Shown piece after piece: positions 42,961-57,019 of a DNA stretch of 64,000 nt (position 1 is the first letter of the stretch; the number at the start of each line of letters is the position of its first letter). The position numbers and the translations under genes were made by a program. The notes under the pieces were generated by a model, which saw only the letters and a program-made list of their open reading frames with translations, was not told the DNA's origin and made no database searches. The DNA is from Eledone cirrhosa (taxonomy: Eukaryota): positions 17,298,001 to 17,362,000 of the forward strand of contig OZ024762.1 of NCBI GenBank assembly GCA_964016885.1. Reading direction: 5' to 3'.

Positions 42961-43830
42961 AACACACGCGGCGTATTGTTATGGATGAATAGGTTTAAAT
43001 CCTGCATTGTTAACTTGAAATAACTTCTGGAATTTTGTCCCATTTTGTCAATTACCCCCCCCCCCCCCACACACACACCCCACCCACCTCTCACACACAC
43101 ACACACACACGTCTATTTCCTAGTTATTAGTACACTTTATTGTTAACTAACATCTTAATAAGTTTGTCAAAGATTTTTCGTCGCGCTATTGTGACCTTGT
43201 CAATATTTTGCCAGTTGTGAGACGATGAAAAAATGATTTATTACTAATATTACTTTTACAAACTGATTTAGAAGTGGACGGCAACCAGCAATGCGTGCGT
43301 TTTTAATTGACAAAAGTGAACCAAAATAGAGTCCTAACAAAACATGCAACAACCACAAACAATACAAACACTATTGGTTATACACGGTTGTTTAACAAAT
43401 CTTGCAAAACAATTACAAAAGAACAAAACAAAACAAAAACCGATATTATTTGAAATGCTCAGAGCATATCACAGATTTTTAGATACACCAAAGTTATTTT
43501 AAAATATCAATCACCATAGTAACGAGAATGTGGAAGGTTAGGAAACTGTTTTTGCATTCATAAAAATAATTAATTGTTGGATTTGTTTGGGGTTTAAAAA
43601 GCAAAATAATAAAAAACAAACATGGCTGCATTGTTGTCGGTTGTATTACAACTCGATCATATTTTATGTACAAAGGGTCCTTTTTTTTTTTTTTTGTAAC
43701 CATAAACAATACACGGGGCCCTAAATAAATTATTTTGCTGACATAAACAATACGCAGGATCATAAATTATCTTTCTACCATGAACATTACGTAATGACCC
43801 TAATGGAAACTTCAGCCAAGAGGCCCCTTT
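42543..43830. mobile_element. Probable degenerate hAT-type non-autonomous element(s)
   Basis: Begins cagagccggatttagg with repeated gaggccc subterminal motifs; internal diverged direct repeat at about 42652 and 42815; similar start at about 42003. Right end not defined. Confidence 0.35.
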
Positions 43831-43958
43831 ATATACAAGAAACAAGCTTTAAAAAAAACCCTTTGAGTGAGGGAACCGAAATATGTCGCTAATTCAAATT
43901 GAAATGTCGAATACTAAAATGCAATGTTTGATTAAAATATTAAATACTTTATAATATA

Positions 43959-44964
43959 AAGAAATATCGGGGATTGTCCTGCCTCTTCCTCTTCGCAGGG
44001 GTCACCGTCGAGACCTGAGGAGTACTTGGACACCTGTACAGCTGAGCTCCTCTGCAAGATCGGAACTTCAGCACCCCGTATGAGGAAGAAGACCCCCGCA
44101 AGGTGGGGGTGGATGTTGCAGCGGGTGTCCCTGGCCGTATTAGGAAGAAGACCCCCGCAAGGTGGGGGTGGATGTTGCAGCGGGTGTCGCTGGCCGTATT
44201 AGGAAGAAGACCCCCGCAAGGTGGGGGTGGATGTTGCAGCGGGTGTCCCTGGCCGTATTAGGAAGAAGACCCCCGCAAGGTGGGGGTGGATGTTGCAGCG
44301 GGTGTCGCTGGCCGTATTAGGAAGAAGACCCCCGCAAGGTGGGGGTGGATGTTGCAGCGGGTGTCCCTGGCCGTATGAGGAAGAAGACCCCCGCAAAGGT
44401 GGGGGTGGATGTTGCAGCGGGTGTCCCTGGCCGTATGAGGAAGAAGACCCCCGCAAAGGTGGGGGTGGATGTTGCAGCGGGTGTCGCTGGCCGTATGAGG
44501 AAGAAGACCCCCCGCAAGGTGGGGGTGGATGTTGCAGCGGGTGTCCCTGGCCGTATGAGGAAGAAGACCCCCGCAAAGGTGGGGGTGGATGTTGCAGCGG
44601 GTGTCGCTGGCCGTATGAGGAAGAAGACCCCCCGCAAGGTGGGGGTCGATGTTGCAGCGGGTGTCGCTGGCCGTATGAGGAAGAAGACCCCCCGCAAGGT
44701 GGGGGTGGATGTTGCAGCGGGTGTCGCTGGCCGTATTAGGAAGAAGACCCCCGCAAGGTGGGGGTGGATGTTGCAGCGGGTGTCGCTGGCCGTATGAGGA
44801 AGAAGACCCCCGCAAAGGTGGGGGTGGATGTTGCAGCGGGTGTCCCTGGCCGTATGAGGAAGAAGACCCCCGCAAGGTGGGGGTGGATGTTGCAGCGGGT
44901 GTCGCTGGCCATTGTCCGTGGAAATGCTTTTGCGGTCTTTCCGCGGGGGTGCACCGCACCTTAG
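43959..44964 (+). pseudogene. CRE-clade non-LTR retrotransposon C-terminal (REL endonuclease) remnant
   Basis: Collapsing the array gives KKYRGLSCLFLFAGVTVET*GVLG /fs/ TCTAELLCKIG.. EDPRK.. WMLQRVSLAIVRGNAFAV, resembling the KY..F....ET.G..G / DPR / QR.S.A..RGNA motifs of CRE elements. Confidence 0.8.
44076..44909. repeat. 59/60-bp GC-rich minisatellite, 14 copies
   Basis: Unit ccgtat(g/t)aggaagaagacccccgcaa(a)ggtgggggtggatgttgcagcgggtgtc(c/g)ctgg. Confidence 0.97.
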
Positions 44965-45182
44965 GCCCAGAGCCCTTCACCCAGAGCCCTTCACCCAAAG
45001 CCCTTCACCCTCTCCTCTTCCTTCTCTGTGAACCTAGAACCCTTGCTTGTCCCTTCCATTTCCGCTTTCATAACCTCAAAAGAGGCATTTTTTTACAACA
45101 AATAAACAAGTTTATATATTTATTTGTTTATTGGTTGTTTTGTGTACTTTTCGTACTTGTAACTTTACAAATGTCTTTCCCT

Positions 45183-45218
<36 letters not shown>

Positions 45219-45388
45219 CTCTCTCTGTCTCTCACACACACACACACACACATACAGAGAGAGAGAGAGAGAGAGAGAAAGGGTGTGTGTGTGTGATGTG
45301 CATGCATCTTCATGTGTATGAATGTGTATATATATATATATAATTATAATGTCATGTGCATGCATTTTCGTGAGTGTGTATGTCTGTG

Positions 45389-45453
<65 letters not shown>

Positions 45454-45719
45454 ATGTTTATAACATAAAAATACCATTCATCATATCTACGCATTTTCCC
45501 CCCTTAAACTTCTCATTCACATGCAAAAATACGAAATATTAATATTTTATTCATAATTAAGGTAAGTGAAATTCCGTTACATTAATTGATAAAATAAAAT
45601 GTATACACCGTTGAGAGAATGTTTTGAAAGAATATGTTGCAGAAATGTGATTAGATTTGTGACAGAGAGAAGGAGAGAGGGGGGGGGGGGGGGAGGAGAG
45701 TTGTCTTATTGTCAATTTT

Positions 45720-46340
45720 CAAGTTAAATTGCATTCTGTGATAATTTATCCATGTCACGTGACCAGCACGTGTGCTATGGAAATTTGCATACAACAGAGT
45801 GTAGAGTCTCTTTCTCTCTCTCTCCGTGAATCTAGCCAGCACAGTATGTATATATATACACTAGTTAACCATACATGGACATAGAGTTTTACAAACTGGA
45901 TACTACCAATAGCGGAGCAGCTCCCAATACGAGAAAACGTTACGCTTTTACCTCGATCTGGGCACCAGAATTACACGTATGGAAGCAAATATTGCTGAAT
46001 AAAGAAATACACACACATACACACACACACACACAAAGCTTACACTGTAACCCTGATCTGCCACCATTTTTATAGACTAGTATTGATCTGTGAATCAACC
46101 AATCGCTGCAGAGGATCGACAAGTGGCTGCCATCGTTTTCCATTTTTGGCGTATATTCTCCCCCAAATGCCAAAAATAGCAACAAAACGTTTTTAACTGT
46201 GGAGATTCCGACAGAAGCCTTTTATAGCAACTCCAGATAAATGGTGACTTGCTTAGTATTTCACAATTCCGGTAATGGCGGCGGCGCTGGTGGTGATGGC
46301 GGTGGCGGTGGGGGGAGCAATGGCCGCCACGGATTCGACG
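45720..46340. promoter_or_regulatory. Unique island, candidate cis-regulatory module
   Basis: GTCACGTGAC (about 45754), CACGTG, octamer ATTTGCAT (about 45783), CCAAT (about 46099), CArG CCATTTTTGG (46140-46149), MEF2-like CCAAAAATAG (about 46170), YY1-like AATGGCGG (about 46275). Motif inference only. Confidence 0.35.
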
Positions 46341-46813
46341 ATCTTTATTTGTTTGTTTCTTTCTTTTTTTGTGTGTGTGGTGGTCCTTAATATATGATTT
46401 TATGAAATAATAATTCAATACGAAAACACGACCAAATACATAAACACACACACACACATACACATACACACGTATTTATACACGTACACACGTACACAAA
46501 CACGTACATATATTCACGTATATATATATTCCGTTTAATTTATGCATTTGCGTGTTTATACAATCAGCCACAAACACTTGTATGTATATATATATGTGTG
46601 TGTGTGTGTGTCGCTGTGTGTGTATGTGTGTGTGCTGGTTATATATACACACTATCGATCGTCTGTGTGTGTATTGTAATGGGTGGTACGTGAAATCTAG
46701 CTGCGATTCTATGTATGAATAAAACTCTATATATAGTAATTCATGCATTGACAAAGAAATGATACAGGGACATTGGTGCATGTGTGTATATGTGTGTGTG
46801 GACACTTACAAAC

Positions 46814-46855
<42 letters not shown>

Positions 46856-47468
46856 GTACGGGTGTATATGTACGTGTTTATGAATGTAGATAGAATGTGT
46901 ACGTTCGTTTGTACACATAAATATACATCTACGACAAGTTGTATGCAGCTTATATATATATATATGTGTGTGTATATATATATATGTGTGTATATATATA
47001 TATGTGTGTATATATATATATGTGTGTGTGTGTGTATATATATATGTGTGTGTGTGTGTGCGCGACCACATATATATAGATGTATATATACACAAACGTG
47101 TGTATGCATCTATCTATCTATATATTGACAATCGACTTGCGTCAAATCGGACCGAGGAAACAATGTTTCCATTGGTCTTTCCAATTTAATGCATGTATAT
47201 ATATTATAGATAGATACATGCAAAAGATTATATTTGTTGATATATCTGTTTATTAAATGCAAAAATTAACCATATATATATGTTTATCGTGCATATATAT
47301 CAAATATATATATATATATATATCGTGCATATATATCAAATATATATATATATCGTGTATAAATATCAAATATATATATATATTTATATATCATTGACCT
47401 ACAATTAGTCAGGTGATCTGCAACTTGAACCCGGAACCTCTGTGTTGGTTCATTCGTTTGCGTTCTGC

Positions 47469-47513
<45 letters not shown>

Positions 47514-47643
47514 ATGTATGTATGTATGTATATTTGTGTGTATATATGTGCATATATCTACTAATGTGTATAATTTGGAGACGGTTGTACGATTCCCTAT
47601 TGAATATTTTCACATACTCTCTTGAATAACAGGCAATGTATGC

Positions 47644-47705
<62 letters not shown>

Positions 47706-47775
47706 GCATATATATATATATATATACATTTCAGTTCTGTGGTTTACCACTGGATAGAACTGGTCATTCCGTTTA

Positions 47776-47837
47776 GCTCTCCTGATGATGTCGCCAGGAT
47801 CTTATGTAACCTGGCCATTGAAATATATATAGTGTTT
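47776..47837 (+). ncRNA. Degenerate type I HHR motif
   Basis: CTGATGA tgtc gccagg..cctggc catt GAAA tatata TA; helix I poorly paired; cassette lies within (TA)n. Confidence 0.55.
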
Positions 47838-47900
47838 TTGCAACAATAAAACTTTAAGGGAACTTCTCCAATCTGACCTTCTGTCATTTTAATCAAACTA

Positions 47901-47947
<47 letters not shown>

Positions 47948-47978
47948 ACCATGCATGCAGGTGTATATATTTTGTATG

Positions 47979-48021
<43 letters not shown>

Positions 48022-48404
48022 CAATGCTTGTATTGAAATGTAACCGCATAAAACTAGCTTTAAGAATAACAATTTGCCCACTATATATATAACAGTATAA
48101 CTATATGTATGTTAGTGTGTTGCATTAGTAACATAGCTTGACGTTTGTATTGAGCCAGAGTTAAGAAGGCAGTAAGTTGAGTACACATCACGGTTTTGAT
48201 CCGCCGCTCAAAATTTACAGGAAACAACAACCAGATCTCTTCTGACATCAAACAATGTTGTTCTGAATGAAAGAATGAGCTCAGATTTTGTTGCTATTTT
48301 TAATAGTTCCAGCGTCTCCCTCGATGGTTCGTAAGAAATGCACTAAAAAAAGGGGGAAAACTTATAGAAAAATTAAAAGACTTTATTATAAAGTTATCAC
48401 AACA

Positions 48405-48495
48405 AATGGCGCCGAATTGGCAGAGTCGTTAGAACGTTGGATAGAATGTTTTGCAGTATTCATTACGGCTCTCTACGCTCTTTGAGTTCAAACCT
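48405..48495 (+). mobile_element. SINE 5' tRNA-like head
   Basis: ggcgccgaattggcagagtcgttaga..tgagttcaaacc (A-box and B-box). Confidence 0.7.
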
Positions 48496-49105
48496 CGTCT
48501 ATTTGTTTTCTTCTGTTTGTCTGGTTGAGCGAATAGATAGATAGATAGATTGATAGATGATTGCATAGCTGGATAAATAGTTTGGTGGGGTGGCAGGCTG
48601 GCTGGGTAGATAAACAAATGGTTGGATGGTTGCATAGCAGAATGGCTGGATAAATAGATGGGTGGATGGTTGCATAGCAGAATGGCTGGATGGTAAGAAG
48701 GCTGGATAAGTGGATGGTTGGATGGCAGTATGTCTGGCTAGATAAACAGATGGTCGGATGGTTGCAAGGTAGAATGGTAAGATGGTAGGATCACGTAGAC
48801 TGAGCTATAGAGGAAACGGTGCAGGGATTGACAAGGGAAATAATAGATGGTGTTCCCTACACCACTCGAGTTAGTCACATGAAATGACATCACACGTAAT
48901 ACTCTAGCGACAAACGCTAACTGTTAGGTCACATTGACATGTATAAGGTCGATGAAATATACCCAGAAAATCCCTTTATAATTTATGTTTCCCCTCCAAA
49001 TAGTAGCAAGACGTGTTGCAGGAAGAGATAGACCCGAGAACCGGAAACTCCCAGCGATTCCTACTACGACACTACGATTCTATAGTAATATAGTACTATG
49101 GTTTG

Positions 49106-49250
<145 letters not shown>

Positions 49251-49918
49251 ATATATATATATATATTATCTCTCTCTCTCGCTCCTGGAGTTGCGACCGA
49301 TAGATAGTATTAGCAATTGGAAAAACCCAACGGAAACATTGTTCCCTCGGTCCGATTTGACGAAAGTCGATCGTTCCTTTTATATATATATATATAAATG
49401 TCAATACGGTACCGAGTACTATGAGACTACTAGCAGTTACACACACGCACACGCACACGCACACACACACAGACAAACATACACACACTCACACACATCC
49501 CCCCCCCGCCCATACACACACAGAGAGACAATAATAGAAGCCTCTGTCTGCTAAGATCAATACAAATAGCCAGGTGATTCATTGAAAACTGTTTAAAAGT
49601 GAACAAAATGGAGGTTAGTTTATAGGCTGAAAAAAAACTGCGGTTTGTCAGGTTCATAGATATATATAGCACATATATATATATATATATAGCACTTATA
49701 TATATATAGCACATATATATATAGCATATATATATATATATACACGGTTATATATATATAGCACATATATATATATATATATATATAGCACTTATATATA
49801 TATATATAGCACTTATATATATATAGCACATATATATATAGCATATATATATATATATACACGGTTATATATATATAGCACATATATATATACATGGTTA
49901 TATATATATAGTCCCTGC

Positions 49919-50897
49919 TACACTGTCTGATAGAGCTGTACCCTGCTACACTGTCTGACAGAGCGGGTCTCTGGTACACTGTCTGATAGAGCTGTACCCT
50001 GCTACACTGTCTGACAGAGCGGGGCTCTGGTACACTGTCTGATAGAGCTGTACCCTGCTACACTGTCTGACAGAGCGGGGCTCTGGTACACTGTCTGATA
50101 GAGCGGGGCTCTGGTACACTTTCTGATAGAGCGGGGCTCTGGTACACTGTCTGATAGAGCGGGGCTCTGGTACACTGTCTGATAGAGCTGTACCCTGCTA
50201 CACTGTCTGACAGAGCGGGTCTCTGGTACACTGTCTGATAGAGCTGTACCCTGCTACACTGTCTGACAGAGCAGGGCTCTGGTACACTGTCTGATAGAGC
50301 GGGGCTCTGGTACACTGTCTGATAGAGCGGGGCTCTGGTACACTGTCTGATAGAGCGGGGCTCTGGTACACTGTCTGATAGAGCTGTACCCTGCTACACT
50401 GTCTGACAGAGCGGGTCTCTGGTACACTGTCTGACAGAGCGGATCTCTGGTACACTGTCTGACAGAGCGGGGCTCTGGTACACTGTCTGATAGAGCTGTA
50501 CCCTGCTACACTGTCTGACAGAGCGGGTCTCTGGTACACTGTCTGATAGAGCTGTACCCTGCTACACTGTCTGACAAAGCGGGTCTCTGGTACACTGTCT
50601 GACAGAGCGGATCTCTGGTACACTGTCTGACAGAGCTGTACCCTGCTACACTGTCTGATAGAGCTGTACCCTGCTACACTGTCTGACAAAGCGGGTCTCT
50701 GGTACACTGTCTGACAGAGCGGATCTCTGGTACACTGTCTGACAGAGCTGTACCCTGCTACACTGTCTGACAGAGCGGGTCTCTGGTACACTGTCTGACA
50801 GAGCTGTACCCTGCTACACTGTCTGACAGAGCGGGTCTCTGGTACACTGTCTGATAGAGCTGTACCCTGCTACACTGTCTGACAGAGCGGGTCCCTG
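49919..50897. repeat. 28-bp minisatellite, 35 units, two interspersed variant classes
   Basis: Constant tacactgtctga(t/c)agagc followed by tgtaccctgc (A) or gg(gt/gg/at)ctctgg (B). Confidence 0.97.
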
Positions 50898-50929
50898 TGA
50901 GCAACAGGTGAAGGCCTAACATCTATCTT

Positions 50930-51040
50930 AGTGAACTGTTGCAATATGAAATAGAGTGTCTTGCTCAAGAACTCAAAGCATTCTCGGGGTTCGAACTCAA
51001 CGATACGATCGTGGGCGGAACACCCTGACCAGTAAGCCAC
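50930..51040 (-). mobile_element. Second SINE family copy
   Basis: gaaatagagtgtcttgctcaaga..ggttcgaactc..accagtaagccac. Confidence 0.7.
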
Positions 51041-51218
51041 CTGTTCTCTAAAACAACAACAACAACAACTAATATACATGCAAATAAATAAACACACAGG
51101 AATTAAGATATTTGCACGTATATTACATGCGTGTATATGCATTTGTGTGTGCGTATATGTATAAGCGTGTATATGTATATGATGTATATGTGTGTATACA
51201 TGCATGCATATGTAAACA

Positions 51219-51281
<63 letters not shown>

Positions 51282-51301
51282 GATATGTGTATATATACAT
51301 A

Positions 51302-52740
51302 TACGAGGTTCGACTGGAAATTTCATAGGCTGACTATGAAGGAGTGATGCTAGAGCTGTGAAATCTTGCATGCATTAATTTCAACTCTTCTTATTAATAA
51401 CTGCATTGTTTTTTTTTGGGGGGGGGGGGGGGGGGGTCGATGACTGTGTTGAAATATAAACCTCATTTGGTCATTCCATGAGAGTATCTTGGTCAATCTA
51501 TGAAAGTGTGATGCTAAAGCTGTGAAATCTTGCATGTTGAAAAATAAACCTCATTTGGTCATTCCATGAGAGTATCTTGGTCAGCCTATGAAGGAGTGAT
51601 GCTAGAGCTGTGCAATCTTGCATGTTGAAAAATAAACCTCATTTGGTCATTCCATGAGAGTATCTTGGTCAGCCTATGAAGGAGTGATGCTAGAGCTGTG
51701 CAATCTTGCATGTTGAAAAATAAACCTCATTTGGTCATTCCATGAGAGTATCTTGGTCAGCCTATGAAGGAGTGATGCTAGAGCTGTGAAATCTTGCATG
51801 TTTAAAAATAAACCTCATTTGGTCATTCCATGAGAGTATCTTGGTCAGCCTATGAAGGAGTGATGCTAGAGCTGTGAAATCTTGCATGTTTAAAAATAAA
51901 CCTCATTTGGTCATTCCATGAGAGTATCTTGGTCAGCCTATGAAGGAGTGATGCGAGAGCTGTGCAATCTTGCATGTTGAAAAATAAACCACATTTGGTC
52001 ATTCCATGAAAGTATCTTGGTCAGCCTATGAAGGAGTGATGCTAGAGCTGTGCAATCTTGCATGTTGAAAAATAAACCTCATTTGGTCATTCCATGAGAG
52101 TATCTTGGTCAGCCTATGAAGGAGTGATGCTAGAGCTGTGCAATCTTGCATGTTGAAAAATAAACCTCATTTGGTCATTCCATGAGAGTATCTTGGTCAG
52201 CCTATGAAGGAGTGATGCTAGGGTTGTGCAATCTTGCATGTTGAAAAATAAACCTCATTTGGTCATTCCATGAGAGTATCTTGGTCAGCCTATGAAGGAG
52301 TGATGCTAGAGCTGTGCAATCTTGCATGTTGAAAAATAAACCTCATTTGGTCATTCCATGAGAGTATCTTGGTCAGCCTATGAAGGAGTGATGCTAGGGT
52401 TGTGCAATCTTGCATGTTGAAAAATAAACCTCATTTGGTCATTCCATGAGAGTATCTTGGTCAGCCTATGAAGGAGTGATGCTAGGGTTGTGCAATCTTG
52501 CATGTTGAAAAATAAACCACATTTGGTCATTCCATGAGAGTATCTTGGTCAGCCTATGAAGGAGTGATGCTAGAGCTGTGCAATCTTGCATGTTGAAAAA
52601 TAAACCTCATTTGGTCATTCCATGAGAGTATCTTGGTCAGCCTATGAAGGAGTGATGCTAGGGTTGTGCAATCTTGCATGTTGAAAAATAAACCTCATTT
52701 GGTCATTCCATGAGAGTATCTTGGTCAGCCTATGAACTTT
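51302..52740. mobile_element. Mariner-type MITE with internal 88-bp satellite
   Basis: Left end TA-cgaggttcgactggaaatttcataggctgac; right end gtcagcctatgaacttt (partial TIR). Confidence 0.75.
51493..52736. repeat. 88-bp tandem repeat, 14 units
   Basis: tcagcctatgaa occurs every 88 bp from 51581 to 52725, with a variant first unit at 51493. Confidence 0.97.
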
Positions 52741-53253
52741 AATGTGCTTATGTTACAAACACGCATACACACACTGCCATGCCCACGCACACACACATAT
52801 ATTTTAGAATGAGTAAATAAACACATATATTTATATGTATTACAGAACACATCAATATATTACACATCTACACTTTAATAATTTCGTAATTATCAATGAA
52901 ACCATATAAAGCCATATATCGCATCTCACGTAGGCATCTATGTCTGCAGGAATGTATGTATGTATGTATGTGTATGAGTATATGGGTGTATGCGCACACA
53001 TATATATGTATGTGTGTTTGTGTCATGCATATATTATATGCTTGTATGTATATATATATATATATATGTGTGTGCGTGTGGTATATGTACACATGTGTAT
53101 GTATGCATGTATGCATGCATATATATATGTGTATATGTATATATGTATATATATATATGTATATATATATGTATATGTATATATATGTATATATGTATAT
53201 ATATATGTATATATATATATGTATGTATATATATATATATGTATATATGTATG

Positions 53254-53358
<105 letters not shown>

Positions 53359-53359
53359 G

Positions 53360-53390
<31 letters not shown>

Positions 53391-53459
53391 GTATGTATAT
53401 GTATGTATATATATATATATATGCGTGTGTGTGTGTGTGTTTGTATGCAAAGGTAGAAA

Positions 53460-53549
<90 letters not shown>

Positions 53550-53684
53550 TACAGAATATTTTATATTCATATATATACATTGATGCATATGTACATAAAC
53601 ATATATACATAACCACATGAGTATATATATGTATATATACATACACACAATGCATGCTATCAGGCATAACATATATATGTATGC

Positions 53685-53715
<31 letters not shown>

Positions 53716-53767
53716 CATACAAAAAAATCATATAAGTATATGTATATGTACCTATGTAAGTATAAAC

Positions 53768-53805
<38 letters not shown>

Positions 53806-54672
53806 TATATGTGTGTGTATGTGTGTGTGTGTGTGTGTGAGTGTGTAAGTAGGTAAATGTGTGTGTATATATATTATATAGTTGTAGATATACACACGTA
53901 AAATGATATTCAAGAAAACCTCATTGATGTCTTTAAGTTGTTTTGGGCCGCACGTTTTCACACATGCACTTATTGCAACATTTCACAAAACACCGAATAG
54001 AGGACACCTTCACACACATACATACACAGACACTAAATACACCTCAATGATTTCACACATATATACGCATACATACACACACGAAATCCCCTTCACAAAT
54101 AATTTCACACACATACACACACACTAAACCACTTCATAATAATATTACAAATACACACACATACACACAAACAAACATGCATATACACACACTAATTCAG
54201 TTCATAATAATTTCACAAATATACACACATACATACACACACATATACACACACTAAATTCACTTCATAATAATTTCACAAATACACACACACGCACACA
54301 CACACACACACACATAAACACATAAGCAAACGTGCATATACACACACTAAATTCAGTTCATAATAATATTACAAATACACACATATATACACAGTGTTTT
54401 GTGAAACAGCTAAACGGATGCGCGCGCAAGCTCTCTTGTCACTGCTACCATATAATACCATATATGGAACTAACGGAATTCCTTTCCCAGCTTGCTCTCG
54501 TTTTGATATTTCTATTTATGTATTATTTTTCTATATTTTTCTATATTTTATGTTAATGTCTAAGTCTCTTTCCCGGGGAATGTTCCCTGATACATGGAAA
54601 CGTTAATGAATTAAATAGATAGATAGGGAAAGTAAAAGAAAACAATACAAAAATAGAAACGAAACGAAACAA

Positions 54673-54730
<58 letters not shown>

Positions 54731-55587
54731 ATGTATGTATGTATATTGTAAAGAGAGTGGAAGACGTTGGTTGTAGCGGGAGGTTGTCCACGGGATAGAA
54801 GAGCCAGTAACCAGAATACAGAATGGCTGACTACTGCAATGGCCGCCATTTTGATATTACAACATGTTGTAGGAAAAGTGTGCAGGTATTCTATATTTGG
54901 ACATGACGATGGTGGTGATGGTGGTGATGTTGGTGATGGGGATGATGGTGGTGATGTTGGTGATGGTGATGGTGATGATGATGATGCTGGTAACGATTGT
55001 GATGGTGATGGTGATTGTAGCGATGATTATAATGGTGATAGTGATAGTGATGGTGGTGATGGTGATGGCTGTGATGGTGATGGTAACGATGATAATGGTG
55101 ATGGTGAAGATGTTGGTGGTGATTGTGATACTGATGGTGATGGTGATGATAGTGGTGATGATGATGGTGGTGATGGTGGGGTACTAGGCAGAGTAGAGTG
55201 GTGAGAAGAAGAAGATGGCGGTGGGGTTGGAGGAGGAGGGGGTGGGAAAAAAAGGAGAGTGAGGAGAGAAAGAAGAGGCCAGCAACGAGACAACGACAGC
55301 TGCGTTGAAGACAATGAAGGCTTCTATGTGTGTGTGTTTGTATGTATGTGTCTGTGTGTGTGTACGTATGTGTGTGTAATTGTAACATTGTGTACGTCGT
55401 ATGTATATATGTAATGTAATGTAATGTATGTATATAATGTATGAATGTATGTATATATGTAATGTATGTATATAATGTATGTGTGTGTGTGTATGCTTGT
55501 ATGTATGTGTGTGTTTGTGTACGTATATATGCATGTGTATGTATGCATGTGTATGTGTGTGTATGTATGTGTGTGTTTATGTATCAA

Positions 55588-55631
<44 letters not shown>

Positions 55632-56329
55632 TTTGTGCACGTATGTATGCATGTGTACGTATGTGTGCGTATGTATGTATGTGTGTATGTATGAAACATA
55701 TGTATGTGTTTGTGTGTGTGTGTGTGTGTGTCTATATCTGTGTATATGTGTTTGTGTACGTATGTATGTGTACGTATGTGTATGTGTGTGTGTGTTTATG
55801 AATGTATGTATGTGTTTGTGCATGTGTGTGTGTGTCTATATGTGTGTATGTGTGTGCATGAATCTATGTGTGTTTGTGTGTATGTATATGTGTGTGTATA
55901 TATGTGTAGTGTTTATAGTATGCTCCAATATTTGGGAAGGGGGTGGAGAGTAGCGGTGGGGATCGGTGGGGGATTCATCATCATCATCATCATCATCATC
56001 AGTATTAGCACCACCATCATCATCAGCAGCAGCATGAACAACAAGAGAAAAGGAAAACCCGGCGAGGGATCCTCCAAGGTGTTGCTAGATCGACTTGCTA
56101 GAAATAGCAGCCGAAACCTCCCTCAACCGACATCCCGCCATCTTGGAACAGGTTGGATAGTGCAGTCATAGATTGTATAGTGCATTGCACGAGAGAAGGA
56201 CGGGGTTGTCATGGCTGGAACGTCTTTGATCATAGATCTACTCGGTCATGGCTGACCGGGGGTTAAACACTACAACAACAATAACTATACGGATGTATAA
56301 TTGTGTATATATTGTGTATATATATATAA

Positions 56330-56361
<32 letters not shown>

Positions 56362-56420
56362 TTATATATATATATATATATATTTATGTATATATATATA
56401 TATATATTTATGTATATATG

Positions 56421-56456
<36 letters not shown>

Positions 56457-57019
56457 TGCATTCATATTTATGTATATATGTATATATATATATATGTATA
56501 TATATATGTATATATATATATATATATATATGTACATGCATTCATATTTATATATATATGTATATATATATATATATATGTGTGTATGTGCACTTGTGTA
56601 TATGTGGGGGTGGTGTGCGTGTATGTATACAAGTGTGTGTATATATATATATATATATATGCGTGTGTGCGTATGTGTGTATGTATGTATCTGTGCGTGT
56701 GTATATATGTAAGTATGTGTGCGTGTGTATATATGTATGTATGTGTGCGTGTGTATATATGTATGTATGTGTGCGTGTGTATATATGTATGTATGTGTGT
56801 GTGTGTGCGTGTATGTATACATGTATGTGTGTGTGTGTGCGTGTATGTATACATGTATGTGTATATGTGTATGCATGAAGGCATGTATATGTCTGTATCG
56901 ATTTCCTGGGTTTCCCCGATTTTATTGCAAATCCCTTGTCATATTTCTCATTCGATAATATGCCATGCCCCCACTCCTACAAAACTCCCCCACCCCCACC
57001 CCCTACCCCACCTCCACCA

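Noticed and set aside
49919-52736. CRISPR-like appearance of the 28-bp and 88-bp arrays (also 44076 and 57747)
   Set aside because: No unique spacers, no cas genes, eukaryotic context.
54767-55204. Asp/Gly-rich ORF as an acidic matrix protein
   Set aside because: Degenerate (GAT/GGT)n microsatellite without convincing splice signals or signal peptide.
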